From Candidatus Obscuribacteraceae bacterium (GTDB lineage: Bacteria > Cyanobacteriota > Vampirovibrionia > Obscuribacterales > Obscuribacteraceae): DNA of 64,000 nt. This document shows, in pieces, positions 47,994-57,568 of the stretch. The DNA lies in NCBI GenBank assembly GCA_044226015.1, contig JBGAHS010000009.1, positions 1-64,000 of the forward strand, written 5' to 3'. How positions within the stretch are numbered: the first letter of the stretch is position 1; the number at the start of each line of letters is the position of its first letter. The position numbers and the translations under genes were made by a program. The notes under the pieces are model-generated. The model was not told the DNA's origin, ran no database searches, and was given only the letters and a program-made list of their open reading frames with translations.

Positions 47994-48521
47994 CTAGTGC
48001 ATGGTCTTCCACTTCTTATCGACATGCTCAGGAAGCGATTTCAGATTCTTTAGAAACATTGTGACTTGCCACAATTCTTCTTCGCTGAGAATGCGATTGA
48101 ATGACGGCATCCCTGTGAACTTAATGCCGTGATCAATTACGTAATAAATTCTTGATTCTTCCCATTTGCCGATCTTGTCTTCTTCGTCAGAGAATATTGG
48201 TGCGGGTGGGCTGTATGCATTTGCAAAAGAGGGAGCCGGCGATAATGGCGTTCCATGGCAGCCTGAGCAGTTTCCTTCGTATACTCGGGCACCTGCTGAA
48301 AGATTTTTCTCGTCGGCAGTCAAAGGGTTTTTCAAGCCTGTTGTTTGGCTATTTAGCGTTGCTTTGAGCGATTGGTGTGCTGCCCACCTTTCAAAATTAC
48401 TTGAGGGCTCATCTTGCCGTGCGGGAATCATGCCGGAGTTGATAATTAAATAGACGGCCAGCGCCATCAGGAAGAATGTTCCGGCCACACCGCAGGCAAT
48501 ACCAGAGAGGAACTTACTCAT
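47994..48521 (-). CDS. Monoheme c-type cytochrome, membrane-anchored
   Basis: CSGCH and GIKFTGMPSF. Confidence 0.92.
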   Translation of the reverse strand: MSKFLSGIACGVAGTFFLMALAVYLIINSGMIPARQDEPSSNFERWAAHQSLKATLNSQTTGLKNPLTADEKNLSAGARVYEGNCSGCHGTPLSPAPSFANAYSPPAPIFSDEEDKIGKWEESRIYYVIDHGIKFTGMPSFNRILSEEELWQVTMFLKNLKSLPEHVDKKWKTMH

Positions 48522-48540
48522 GTTTACCGTCCATCAGCGT

Positions 48541-48903
48541 CTAGAATTTGTAGTTGCCGTATTCCATGATCATTGATTTGACAGCTTCTTCTATGGTCTT
48601 GCCAGCGGTAAGCCTTTCAATATCGGCTTGTGGCACCATTGAGTAGAGAGCTTTTTCCGCACGATTGCGAATGAATTGATTGGGATGGTTCTTCATCACA
48701 AAATAGAGGGGCGGGATACTAAGTGGTTTCTTCTCGTTTTCAATCGTTTCAATCGTATCAAGCACGACTTGTGCATCATTCGATTTCAGATTGTCTATTA
48801 GCATCTTGAAGGTGAAATGGTCTAACTTGCCCATCAGACCTTTCGCCGCGCTTCCAATGGAGTCGGTGACCGATTGAAATTGTTTTACGAAATCGTCCTT
48901 CAT
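48541..48903 (-). CDS. Small HEAT-like hypothetical protein
   Basis: LIDNLKSND...IPPL...HPNQFIRNRAEKAL. Confidence 0.6.
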   Translation of the reverse strand: MKDDFVKQFQSVTDSIGSAAKGLMGKLDHFTFKMLIDNLKSNDAQVVLDTIETIENEKKPLSIPPLYFVMKNHPNQFIRNRAEKALYSMVPQADIERLTAGKTIEEAVKSMIMEYGNYKF

Positions 48904-48914
48904 GCAGTCGAATC

Positions 48915-50735
48915 TCAGTTTTGCTTCTGATTGGTCACAAGAAGAAGTTTTGTTTGAGCAATCTTCTTTCCCTTGCTCAGGAAGTATACAGGATTCAAGC
49001 TTCTTGGAATGAAGGGATTGCTTGCCAAAACCGTTGAATTGCCTTTGCTCATTTGCTGATATTCGTTTTCCTGTATCAGCAGGACAGATGGAGCTTTCGC
49101 TTTTAAGAACTGTTCTGCCATCCTGATGTTCTCAATCTTCATTGGTTCGCAGTCGGCCTGGAATGTAATTTCGTCAATCCAGTTTTGCAGGCTTGTGTAA
49201 ACTCCAACTCTGCCGTTTTCAGGCATCGCACTTATATAAGGAACGTATTTTAATACTGCTTGTTGGCTCGAAATCCAGGGATATATTTCCCAGGAGAAAG
49301 CTGTTGCGATTAAGCACACAGCAACGAAGAGCATCTTGAATGATTTTCTTAGTTGCTTTTGGGCTGCACACACAAGCATCGTGAGCCCCGAAACCAGGGT
49401 CACTACAGGCAGTGCGATCCAATCGCTTACGCTTCCATTCGGAAAAAGACCAGGAAGGAGGAAGAACAGAGCTGCGCCTGCAATTGTGAGTAGCCCCGAA
49501 GCTAGCCAGGCAACGAATTGAGGAACCTTCGCATTCAAGTCACAAGCCTTACTCAGATAGTTACCGATTAAGATAGCTACTGCTGGATACACAGGCAGCG
49601 CATAGTAGTCGATTTTGCCTCTAGAAAGGCTGAAGAATCCTATCACAACTGCGGTCCACAACCACAAGTAAACATGTTTCTGAGCTTCTTCTGTCTTAAA
49701 CGCCGCGACAAAATCTGCCAATGGTTTCGAAGCTTGTCCTAGCTTCGTGTTCATTTGCGCTTTGATTTCTTTGACGGAATCAATCAGTGCTGATGGTATA
49801 AAAACTGACCAGGGTAGCATTCCGCCTATCAGAGAAACAATCATGAAGTATATTGGGCGGTGTGTGTCGTAAGTTGAGCCAGTGTAGCGCTCAAGGTTTT
49901 CGTGAATAAAGAAGTAAGTGAGGGCTCCCGCACCATTTTGGCGGTAAGCGGCAGTGAACCATGGCACTCCTGCGCCTGCAAGAATGATGGCGCATGGCAG
50001 CACATGGCGCACAGGCTCAACCTTGTTCCACTGTTTGCTCAGCGTCAAAAAGATTGCAAAAGAAATTGCTGGTAGAACGATTCCGACTGGGCCTTTAGTA
50101 ATGAATGCGAAGCCCATCGAGAGGGCGCCAAAATAAAAGAGAATGCTTCTGTGCTTTTCGTTCTTCAATGCGCTGAAAAGCAGCGTCAAGCTCATTGTAT
50201 CGAAGAGAACGAGATTCATGTCTGCCATGCAAAGGTTCGCGAACGACATGAACATGAGTGAGCTAGCCAGAACAGCAGCTGCAAGTGTTCCTGTTCTCAA
50301 ACCAAAAAGATGACGGGCACCGAAAGCTGTAAGACCTACTGTTCCTAAAGCTGATAAAACAGAAGGAATGCGAGCTGCATAGTGGCTGACACCCATCAAC
50401 TTATAGCTAAGAGCAATAAACCAATATGCAAGTATTGGCTTATCGAAGAAAGGTGTTCCATGATATAGCGGCGTTACCAGGTTGTCTGCCTCGAACATTT
50501 CTCTGACGCATTCAGCGAAGAACACTTCAGCGCGACTGAACTTGGGCCAGTTGTAAGCCATACTCAGGTAGGCAGCAGCTGCAAGAACAAGTATGCCGCC
50601 TAAAACGATTCCATACTTGGCGAAAGATTCTTCCCGTCGTTTAAGTGCCGTGTAGGCAGCGGTAATAAATTCGCCGCTTTCCTTAAATGCCGTTTTAGAC
50701 TGTGCTGTTTTGACCAGGGGATCAGTTCGTTTCAT
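48915..50735 (-). CDS. ArnT/PMT (GT-C) family glycosyltransferase
   Basis: FFDKPIL.YW, ARIPS, TKGPVG, YYALPVYPA and many TMs. Confidence 0.9.
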   Translation of the reverse strand: MKRTDPLVKTAQSKTAFKESGEFITAAYTALKRREESFAKYGIVLGGILVLAAAAYLSMAYNWPKFSRAEVFFAECVREMFEADNLVTPLYHGTPFFDKPILAYWFIALSYKLMGVSHYAARIPSVLSALGTVGLTAFGARHLFGLRTGTLAAAVLASSLMFMSFANLCMADMNLVLFDTMSLTLLFSALKNEKHRSILFYFGALSMGFAFITKGPVGIVLPAISFAIFLTLSKQWNKVEPVRHVLPCAIILAGAGVPWFTAAYRQNGAGALTYFFIHENLERYTGSTYDTHRPIYFMIVSLIGGMLPWSVFIPSALIDSVKEIKAQMNTKLGQASKPLADFVAAFKTEEAQKHVYLWLWTAVVIGFFSLSRGKIDYYALPVYPAVAILIGNYLSKACDLNAKVPQFVAWLASGLLTIAGAALFFLLPGLFPNGSVSDWIALPVVTLVSGLTMLVCAAQKQLRKSFKMLFVAVCLIATAFSWEIYPWISSQQAVLKYVPYISAMPENGRVGVYTSLQNWIDEITFQADCEPMKIENIRMAEQFLKAKAPSVLLIQENEYQQMSKGNSTVLASNPFIPRSLNPVYFLSKGKKIAQTKLLLVTNQKQN

Positions 50736-51142
50736 TCTTCGCTCCGCCTGGGCAAGATTTGCCCAAAGAATCCATGTTCGTAGGCATTATTGCAGCTATG
50801 CGAGTTTCCAATATGAGCTGACGCAAAGGCAGGCAAGATTTCTCTACACGCGCTATCTATTACCTGGCAAAGGATTTCCAGGATCTGGACTCTTTAATAA
50901 GAGGAAATGCATATTAGCAGCGCTTAATAAAGGTGTAAACGGTCGTGGCGGTATGTCTTTTGCGTATTTAGACATATGCGATGGGAATTCTACTAAGTGG
51001 GCCGTAGTTTCCCCAATGTACTTCCTTAAATCCAACACATAACATCAGTCTATGTGGAAAAAGCTAGCAAGAAAATCGTGTCTGTGTGGATGCGTTCGCG
51101 GGTAAAGGCTGGCATGGTTGGTTGCTATTCTAGGAGTGTCTA

Positions 51143-53863
51143 ATGACAGGGCAAGTTCGTTTCTCTGAGATTACGACTGTTAAAGACGGTACGCTTGATT
51201 CACAATTATCTAAAGTAAATGATGGCGCGACAAGCGCGCTGCAATCACAATGGCAAGTCATTCGCGATGGAATGTCGCTGGGTGTTCAGTCTAGAGTCCA
51301 GCAAGCTGCTGATGACCCACTGCTCACCAGTGTCGAAATCGCTGGCTCGTTCGGGCTCGGTGCAGCCATGGGCTGGGCGATGAAAGCTGGCGGCAAATAT
51401 ACTCGTGCAGCTGAGATTGCTGGCGGTGCCATGATAGGCATTATGGGCATTGATCTGACCAGGCGCGCAATGAACATAAGTGATGTCTACTCACGCACCA
51501 CTGCTGATACTAGCTTTGGCCAAGCCATGCGAAGAGATGCTGTCGCTCAGTACGCGGGCGCAGGGCTCGTCGACTACTCGATGATGTTCGCGGCAGGTGG
51601 TCTCGGTTCGGCGTATGGACCGAAACTTGGTGCAAGAATGAGCACCGCTCTCGAATCACTTTCAACGAAAATGGTGCCGCTAGAACAGGGATTGCAGCCA
51701 GCGCTGCAGCCTGCTTTTGCACGACCTGGCTTCAGAATGGACCTCGGCGAAGTTGGTCGCCTTGGAGCCAAGGAAAGACTTTCAGCGAGTTCTGACCCCG
51801 TTACGGCGGCACGAGATAGATTGGAGTTTCCGCATCGTACTGTTGGTTTCGACCAATTGTCTGCGCTGATGGAAGCAAAACAAATCGCCGCGCATCCAGA
51901 GGTGAGACCTGTTTACGAACAGATGGCAGGTGTGCTTTCTAAGGTTGATACGATGAAGCCGCTGCTTTCGTCTGATGAAGCTGCGCTTGCAGGCTTAAAC
52001 AAGCAGGTCAGCGATATCAAACTGATGAAGCCCGAGGTACAGGCTGTTCGCACAGCTGAAAATGCATTGAACGGACTCAAGGCTGACATCGACCGTGTTC
52101 CGGAGCTGAGACAACAACAATCATCGCTGACTAGCCAGCTGCAAGAGCTGCGAGGCGGACCAGACGCGCCAAAGCGCGCCCCAGGTGAGGAAATGAGCCC
52201 TGCCGAGCAAGACTTGAGACAGCAACGAAGAGAAGTTATTGATTCAATAACAAACATTCAACAACGTGCAGGCGAAATGCCAAGCTATGAGCAACGGCTG
52301 GCTGCTGCCAATGAGGCGCTTGCTGCCCGACGAGCTTCAATTGAGTCAGGTAAGGACGCTCAGCTGCTAGAACTCGAAGGACAAATGCAGCCTTTGCGCC
52401 AATCTATCGAGGCTCGTAAGCTTGAGTTAGGTTCACTCACTGAGCAACTGAAAACATTAGACCTGACCTATCAACAGAAGTCCGATGCTGTTCGCCCAAC
52501 ACTGGCTGATTCTGCAGTAGATGCGCTTGGACCTGTTCCCAAATATACAAGACCGAAGATTGAGCCACCTGCAAGGGCTCCGAAAGTCGAGGCACCGAAG
52601 GCGGTGGCTGAGGCAAAAGTTGCTGAGCCGCAGGCTGTAGCGAAATCTGAGCCGCAGGCTGCAGCGAAACCTGAGCCGCAGGCTGTAGCGAAACCTGAGC
52701 CGCAGGCTGTAGCGAAACTTGAGCCGCAAGTTGCTGCAAAACCAGAGCAGGTTGCTGTTAAACCGGAGCAGGTTGCTGTTAAACCAGAGCAAGTTGCTGC
52801 TCGTGGAAACGCAGAAAAAGCAGCCCAAAGAGCACCAGAACCTCAAAGAGCTATCGAGCGCCAGGCTAATTCTGACTCAGCTCCAAAGCGCTTTGAAAGA
52901 CCCGCTGTAACTGAAAAGGACGTGAGTAATGCTTTGAGAGAAGCTAATCGAGCAGTCGATGATTTCAGCGCCACACTGAAGCGGCACACCACCGCTCTCA
53001 AACGGGTTCAGGACTATATTGATGCATCCTTCCAATGGTTCGCGAGTGACAAGAGTGCCGCCACTAATGGTGCCATTGCTCGTCAAACCATGCAGAACGT
53101 TGATCTAATGCTGGGCAAGCTCGAGAATTGGGAAAAGCCACCAGCATGGATTCGTCCTGCTGAAAGGGCTCAAGTTATGCAGCGCAACGGCTTTGATGCT
53201 GATGCGATGAAGGTCTATGATTCCTGGTTCCAGACTCAAAATAGATCATTCCACGAAACCTCAAACATGGTGCCAGAAGAACGCCTCATGGCTGTGCAAG
53301 ATCATCTATCTCGCAGGGTCGCTGTTGAGAGTGTAAAGAACTGGTTGAGGATTGCTCCGGACGCTAAGGCTGCTGTCAGCCCCATCGTTAATGAAGGATT
53401 CCAGCTGATGGCGAGCGGAAAGTTGCCTGATGGAAGAACGATTCCTAAGGGATCTGACCTCATGGTCTTCGAGCGGAAGACTGTGCGCACCAGCAATGGT
53501 GATAAAGAGGTTATTCTGCCATTCGCTAAAGAAGGTCAACACATTCAACGTTTTGATGATTTCCGCATTCGCGAGGGTCTGAACAAGCAACGGCTTATGA
53601 GTGAACAGGGTCCACAGGGTCTTGAACCAGAGCAACTTTATGCATTTCGTCTAGATCACGACCCGACAAGACTGACTCTCAGCAATGATCAGGTCGGTTA
53701 CGCAATATTGCGTCCGGGTGGCAAAGCTGGAAAGAACGTTCTGTTCATGAACTTCAAAGACGGCATCAAACCTGGAGATCTCAACCTCAGAGCAGATGCG
53801 CCAGGACAACCCGGAACAAACACAAACGTGATCTACAACATGCTTAAGGCAAAGCAACGCTGA
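51143..53863 (+). CDS. Large hypothetical protein: Gly-rich hydrophobic N-region, coiled coil, PEPQAVAK repeats, unknown C-domain
   Basis: AGGAG RBS, 906-aa ORF, terminator downstream. Confidence 0.75.
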   Translation: MTGQVRFSEITTVKDGTLDSQLSKVNDGATSALQSQWQVIRDGMSLGVQSRVQQAADDPLLTSVEIAGSFGLGAAMGWAMKAGGKYTRAAEIAGGAMIGIMGIDLTRRAMNISDVYSRTTADTSFGQAMRRDAVAQYAGAGLVDYSMMFAAGGLGSAYGPKLGARMSTALESLSTKMVPLEQGLQPALQPAFARPGFRMDLGEVGRLGAKERLSASSDPVTAARDRLEFPHRTVGFDQLSALMEAKQIAAHPEVRPVYEQMAGVLSKVDTMKPLLSSDEAALAGLNKQVSDIKLMKPEVQAVRTAENALNGLKADIDRVPELRQQQSSLTSQLQELRGGPDAPKRAPGEEMSPAEQDLRQQRREVIDSITNIQQRAGEMPSYEQRLAAANEALAARRASIESGKDAQLLELEGQMQPLRQSIEARKLELGSLTEQLKTLDLTYQQKSDAVRPTLADSAVDALGPVPKYTRPKIEPPARAPKVEAPKAVAEAKVAEPQAVAKSEPQAAAKPEPQAVAKPEPQAVAKLEPQVAAKPEQVAVKPEQVAVKPEQVAARGNAEKAAQRAPEPQRAIERQANSDSAPKRFERPAVTEKDVSNALREANRAVDDFSATLKRHTTALKRVQDYIDASFQWFASDKSAATNGAIARQTMQNVDLMLGKLENWEKPPAWIRPAERAQVMQRNGFDADAMKVYDSWFQTQNRSFHETSNMVPEERLMAVQDHLSRRVAVESVKNWLRIAPDAKAAVSPIVNEGFQLMASGKLPDGRTIPKGSDLMVFERKTVRTSNGDKEVILPFAKEGQHIQRFDDFRIREGLNKQRLMSEQGPQGLEPEQLYAFRLDHDPTRLTLSNDQVGYAILRPGGKAGKNVLFMNFKDGIKPGDLNLRADAPGQPGTNTNVIYNMLKAKQR
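52623..52800 (+). repeat. Coding tandem repeats (about 5 x 24 bp, then 3 x 21 bp)
   Basis: (c)tgagccgcaggctgtagcgaaa(c) units, then ccagagcaggttgctgttaaa units. Confidence 0.9.
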
Positions 53864-53884
53864 TAGGAAGCCAGTCAGTCATTT

Positions 53885-53933
53885 GAGCCGTGTCTTTCTT
53901 GCATTCACTGCACAAAAGGTGCGGCTCTTTTTT
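53885..53933 (+). terminator. Intrinsic terminator
   Basis: GAGCCGTGTCTTT...AAAGGTGCGGCTC followed by TTTTTT. Confidence 0.7.
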
Positions 53934-54050
53934 GATCTCACGACCCTCTGCGAATCTACGTGAGTTCATATTCGGCGCCTGATCACATTGCCAATTCCTC
54001 CTATGAGTGAATTGCTTGTGCACTTATCGCATAGATGGTATGGACAGTTC

Positions 54051-55115
54051 TTAGCGGTTCACCATGCTGCGAGCAGGGTCTACCGCTGCAGTGCAATCAG
54101 TTCCGCGTTTGTTGCCGTGAAACAAGGCATAGAGTTGCTGCGATTCTAAGACAATATCTCGCAGCACTTCTGGTGAAATTGCTTGGGCTCCGTCGCTCAG
54201 CGCCTGCGTTGGGTTGTCGTGTACTTCGATGATTAGTCCATCGGCACCACTGGCGATGGCAGCCCTCGACATTACTTGTACGAGATCTTTTCTGCCTGTG
54301 CCATGACTTGGGTCTACCACGACAGGTAAAGAGCACATCTTCTTCAGCACAGCGACAGCACTGAGGTCCAGAGTGTTTCTTGTTTGAGTTTCGAAGGTTC
54401 GAATACCGCGTTCGCACAAAATGACTTTCAGATTACCCGCAGACAAAATGTACTCGGCCGCATCAAGCCACTCAGCAATAGTGGCTGACAGAGCGCGTTT
54501 CAGCAAAACAGGATGACTGCTCTTCCCTATTTCCTTCAACAATTCGTAGTTGTACATGTTGCGAGTGCCAACTTGAAGCATGTCGATGTACGGTTCTGCC
54601 ATCTCAACATGTTCGGGAGCCATCACTTCGCTGACCACAGGAAGACCGGTGCTCTTGCGTGCTTCATCCAGATATTGCAGACCTTCAAGACCTAAGCCCT
54701 GGAAATCGTATGGTGAGGTGCGTGGCTTGAATGCTCCGCCACGCAACATTTTTGCACCTGACTCTTTGACACGATTTGCTGTATGCAATATGTGCGCTTT
54801 GCCTTCAACTGAGCAAGGACCCGCCATAACCATGGGTACTTGACCTTCACCAATCTTCAGACCGCTAGCTAATTCTATTGGTGACAATGAAGCAGATGTG
54901 GCGACTGAGGCTTGACTGTGCAAGCGGATCACTTTGTCCACATAGGGAATCTGAGTGAACAAATGACCAGGGAGTTCGCTCACTTCTTCTTTCACGGAGA
55001 CGACGGTGCCCGATGCATTTTGCAGAACTTGCGGGGTCAAGTTCATCCGCTCAAGCCATGCGCAGACGGCGGCTACGTGGTCTTGACTTGCTTTCTTTTG
55101 GAGAACGAGAATCAC
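54051..55115 (-). CDS. aroF: 3-deoxy-7-phosphoheptulonate (DAHP) synthase, type I-beta with N-terminal regulatory domain
   Basis: [32 protein letters not shown] and DPSHGTG. GTG at 55115 is the likely start. Confidence 0.95.
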   Translation of the reverse strand: MILVLQKKASQDHVAAVCAWLERMNLTPQVLQNASGTVVSVKEEVSELPGHLFTQIPYVDKVIRLHSQASVATSASLSPIELASGLKIGEGQVPMVMAGPCSVEGKAHILHTANRVKESGAKMLRGGAFKPRTSPYDFQGLGLEGLQYLDEARKSTGLPVVSEVMAPEHVEMAEPYIDMLQVGTRNMYNYELLKEIGKSSHPVLLKRALSATIAEWLDAAEYILSAGNLKVILCERGIRTFETQTRNTLDLSAVAVLKKMCSLPVVVDPSHGTGRKDLVQVMSRAAIASGADGLIIEVHDNPTQALSDGAQAISPEVLRDIVLESQQLYALFHGNKRGTDCTAAVDPARSMVNR

Positions 55116-55303
55116 TTTAGACCTGTCAGATACCAATTTCGAATAGAATCTTAGTAGAAACCGATTCGGATCTGGCCGTTTTTCAAGAGTTTTGAACCTA
55201 TCCAATCCGGTAATTTTGTTTCATCTGCGAGCTTTTCTGTGATTTGCTTAACAATGCAGCAAAATCTGTGGAGTCTCAAGTCAACTATGAGAGACTGCGC
55301 TGC

Positions 55304-56299
55304 ATGAGTTTTCTGTTCAGCATCAAATGGTGGCGTGAGTCGTTTAGGTTCGTCCTGTGTCATGCAGGCGTATTTTTCATTCCAGCAATCTTGCTCGGAC
55401 TATCAAACATGTGTTCTGTCCTGGCTGACTCCCAGATGTGGACTGGTCTCGATCTAAGCGCATTCGACGGAAATGGAAATGCGGCTTTGGATAGCTTGCT
55501 TCGTGTTCTTGTTGTTGTTTTGCTTGAGAGCCTGGTAGGTTTGGTGTTAGGTTTGATAGCCTTGAGTTCATGGCTCGTCAATTTGACAGCTATTGCGAAA
55601 ATGCAATTACAGCATGCAAGCTCTCTCCCTATCGCCGATGCTATTGTGCAGGTGAAGCAAGACTCTAAACACTATGGCTTGGTCTGGTTAATTGGACTTC
55701 TGTATCTTATCGGTCCCGTCTTGCCAATGAGTGCACTGATAGCAGTCTCTACTCTTGCGCGTATGAATCTTCAGGCTTTCAATCAGCCACTAGTGGCGAT
55801 ACCACCTGAATTTATATTGCCGATAAACCTGCTTGCCGGCATTTTGTTTCTTCTAGTATTGAACTACTGCTTTATCCTTACTGTAGTGTCGACTACAGGG
55901 CTTAGTGCCAAGGGTGCAAACGATGCAACCATGAAAGTAATGTTGTCGTCAGTGAAGCAGGTTCTTCTGCTTGATTTATTTGTACTCTTGATAGATGTTT
56001 TGCTATCGTGCGGACCACTTCTGATTGAGTATCTGCCTGCTTTTCAACACCTTTCTAGAAATCTGCCTTACAACTTATTCGCGCAAGCCTGGCTAGCGCT
56101 GAGCAGCATAATCGCATGGCCGCTGACTCTGCTGATGTTTGCACGCCTTATTGATTCTGAGCTTGAGTCTAAACCGGAAGCTTTTATGAACAAGAGAAGT
56201 AATGCAAGTGATTTGGCTAGAGATGCAAGCAGAAAAGATGTTTCACAGGAAATCAATGAATCTGCTGACGCAAATGAAAGCAGTTTGGAGAAACAGTAA
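55304..56299 (+). CDS. Multi-pass membrane hypothetical protein
   Basis: About six hydrophobic helices; stop overlaps the cobT start (TAATG). Confidence 0.65.
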   Translation: MSFLFSIKWWRESFRFVLCHAGVFFIPAILLGLSNMCSVLADSQMWTGLDLSAFDGNGNAALDSLLRVLVVVLLESLVGLVLGLIALSSWLVNLTAIAKMQLQHASSLPIADAIVQVKQDSKHYGLVWLIGLLYLIGPVLPMSALIAVSTLARMNLQAFNQPLVAIPPEFILPINLLAGILFLLVLNYCFILTVVSTTGLSAKGANDATMKVMLSSVKQVLLLDLFVLLIDVLLSCGPLLIEYLPAFQHLSRNLPYNLFAQAWLALSSIIAWPLTLLMFARLIDSELESKPEAFMNKRSNASDLARDASRKDVSQEINESADANESSLEKQ

Positions 56300-57477
56300 T
56301 GCAATCTGCATCGACGAATTATGCGCAAGAAGATAAAGGGGAACCATTGGAGCTGGCATGTTTAAGTGATCCTTTTAATTCGTTCAGTCGTATTTCAGGT
56401 CTTCTGAGTTTTAACTTGCAAGACTTCGGGCGTGATTCTTCTGAAAATTTTTTGCTGTTCAATGCGTCAACAGCAGCTTCTGAACAGGAAGGAATTTCTG
56501 CCGCCGGTGCCGATGCTGTTTCCAGGCGCTTGACTCCGGCTTTAGACGCTGAGGTCTTGCTAGATGGAACCACGCTGTCGGCAGCATCGTTGCCAGTGTC
56601 ACCAAAAGGAATTGCATCTCCAGTGGTGCTCACTTGGGCTTGCCTGAATTTGCTGAAAATGAAAGCAAAAGTATTTGACTGTGGAAGCTTTTACAGTCCT
56701 AAAGTAGAGCATCAGTTGATATCAAATCTGCTTGCTCAGTGTCCTTCAAGCGGGGCTGCACTTCCTGCAGCTCACGTGGACGAGCTTTTCCAAGTCGGTA
56801 AATCCATAGGAGCTGATTTTGCAAAGAACAATCCATTTATAGTGATGGCTGAATGTGTTCCCGGTGGAACTACCACTGCCATGGCTGTTCTAACTGCTAT
56901 TGGATTTGATGTTTCAGGCTTGTTATCGAGCAGTTTGCCTCTGTCTAACCACAGGCAGCGGTATGCGTTGGTCGAAAAAGGGCTGGCGCAGAGATCCTTC
57001 TCGCAGAAAGATTGCCAGGAGAATGCTCTGTTAGCAATTGCATGTGTTGGCGACCCTATGCAGGCTGTCCTTGCGGGAGCAGCTCTAGAAGCTGCTCGCC
57101 ACGTGCCTGTTATTCTTGCCGGCGGCTCTCAAATGCTGGCAGTTTGGGCCGTCCTCAAGGCGATCGCGGAAAAATGTTCAGATGCAAAATGCCTTGAGAA
57201 TATTTTTGTAGTTACTACTAAATGGGTAGCATTCGATGGCTCAGCAAACGTCAGAGAGTTAGCTGCGATGCTACAGGCACCTCTTGCGGCTGCCTGTCCT
57301 GATTTCAAGAAATCGGTGCATTTTGGCTTGCGGGCTTACGAAGAGGGAAATGTAAAAGAAGGTGTTGGTGCTGGCGCTTGCCTGGGGCTAACTCGGTTAG
57401 CCTCAATCAGTGAAAGTCTTGTGATGAGTGCGATTGATGAGGCATACGAAAGACTGGTGCAATCAAATCGCTCGTAA
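56299..57477 (+). CDS. cobT: Nicotinate-nucleotide--dimethylbenzimidazole phosphoribosyltransferase (archaeal/cyanobacterial type)
   Basis: GISAAG, TPALDAE, AECVPGGTTTA, GDPMQ, LAGGSQMLAV and YEEGNVKEGVGAG. Confidence 0.9.
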   Translation: MQSASTNYAQEDKGEPLELACLSDPFNSFSRISGLLSFNLQDFGRDSSENFLLFNASTAASEQEGISAAGADAVSRRLTPALDAEVLLDGTTLSAASLPVSPKGIASPVVLTWACLNLLKMKAKVFDCGSFYSPKVEHQLISNLLAQCPSSGAALPAAHVDELFQVGKSIGADFAKNNPFIVMAECVPGGTTTAMAVLTAIGFDVSGLLSSSLPLSNHRQRYALVEKGLAQRSFSQKDCQENALLAIACVGDPMQAVLAGAALEAARHVPVILAGGSQMLAVWAVLKAIAEKCSDAKCLENIFVVTTKWVAFDGSANVRELAAMLQAPLAAACPDFKKSVHFGLRAYEEGNVKEGVGAGACLGLTRLASISESLVMSAIDEAYERLVQSNRS

Positions 57478-57568
57478 GTATGATTGCGCAATTTGTTTTG
57501 GATGCTGCATACGAGCACTGATTTTTGCTGCTGCATACGGGGCCGAACATGAGTTTGTAGCAACGATA

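Noticed and set aside
50983..51014. AATTCTACTAAGTG..GTAG resembles the Cas12a direct-repeat handle and sits in a hairpin
   Set aside because: Single imperfect copy, no spacers and no cas gene; most likely chance or a promoter palindrome.
50710..51142. ORFs 50710-51042 and 50853-51038, or a riboswitch/ncRNA, in the arnT-51143 gap
   Set aside because: No recognisable protein or RNA motif; consistent with a divergent promoter region. An Infernal/Rfam scan would settle it.
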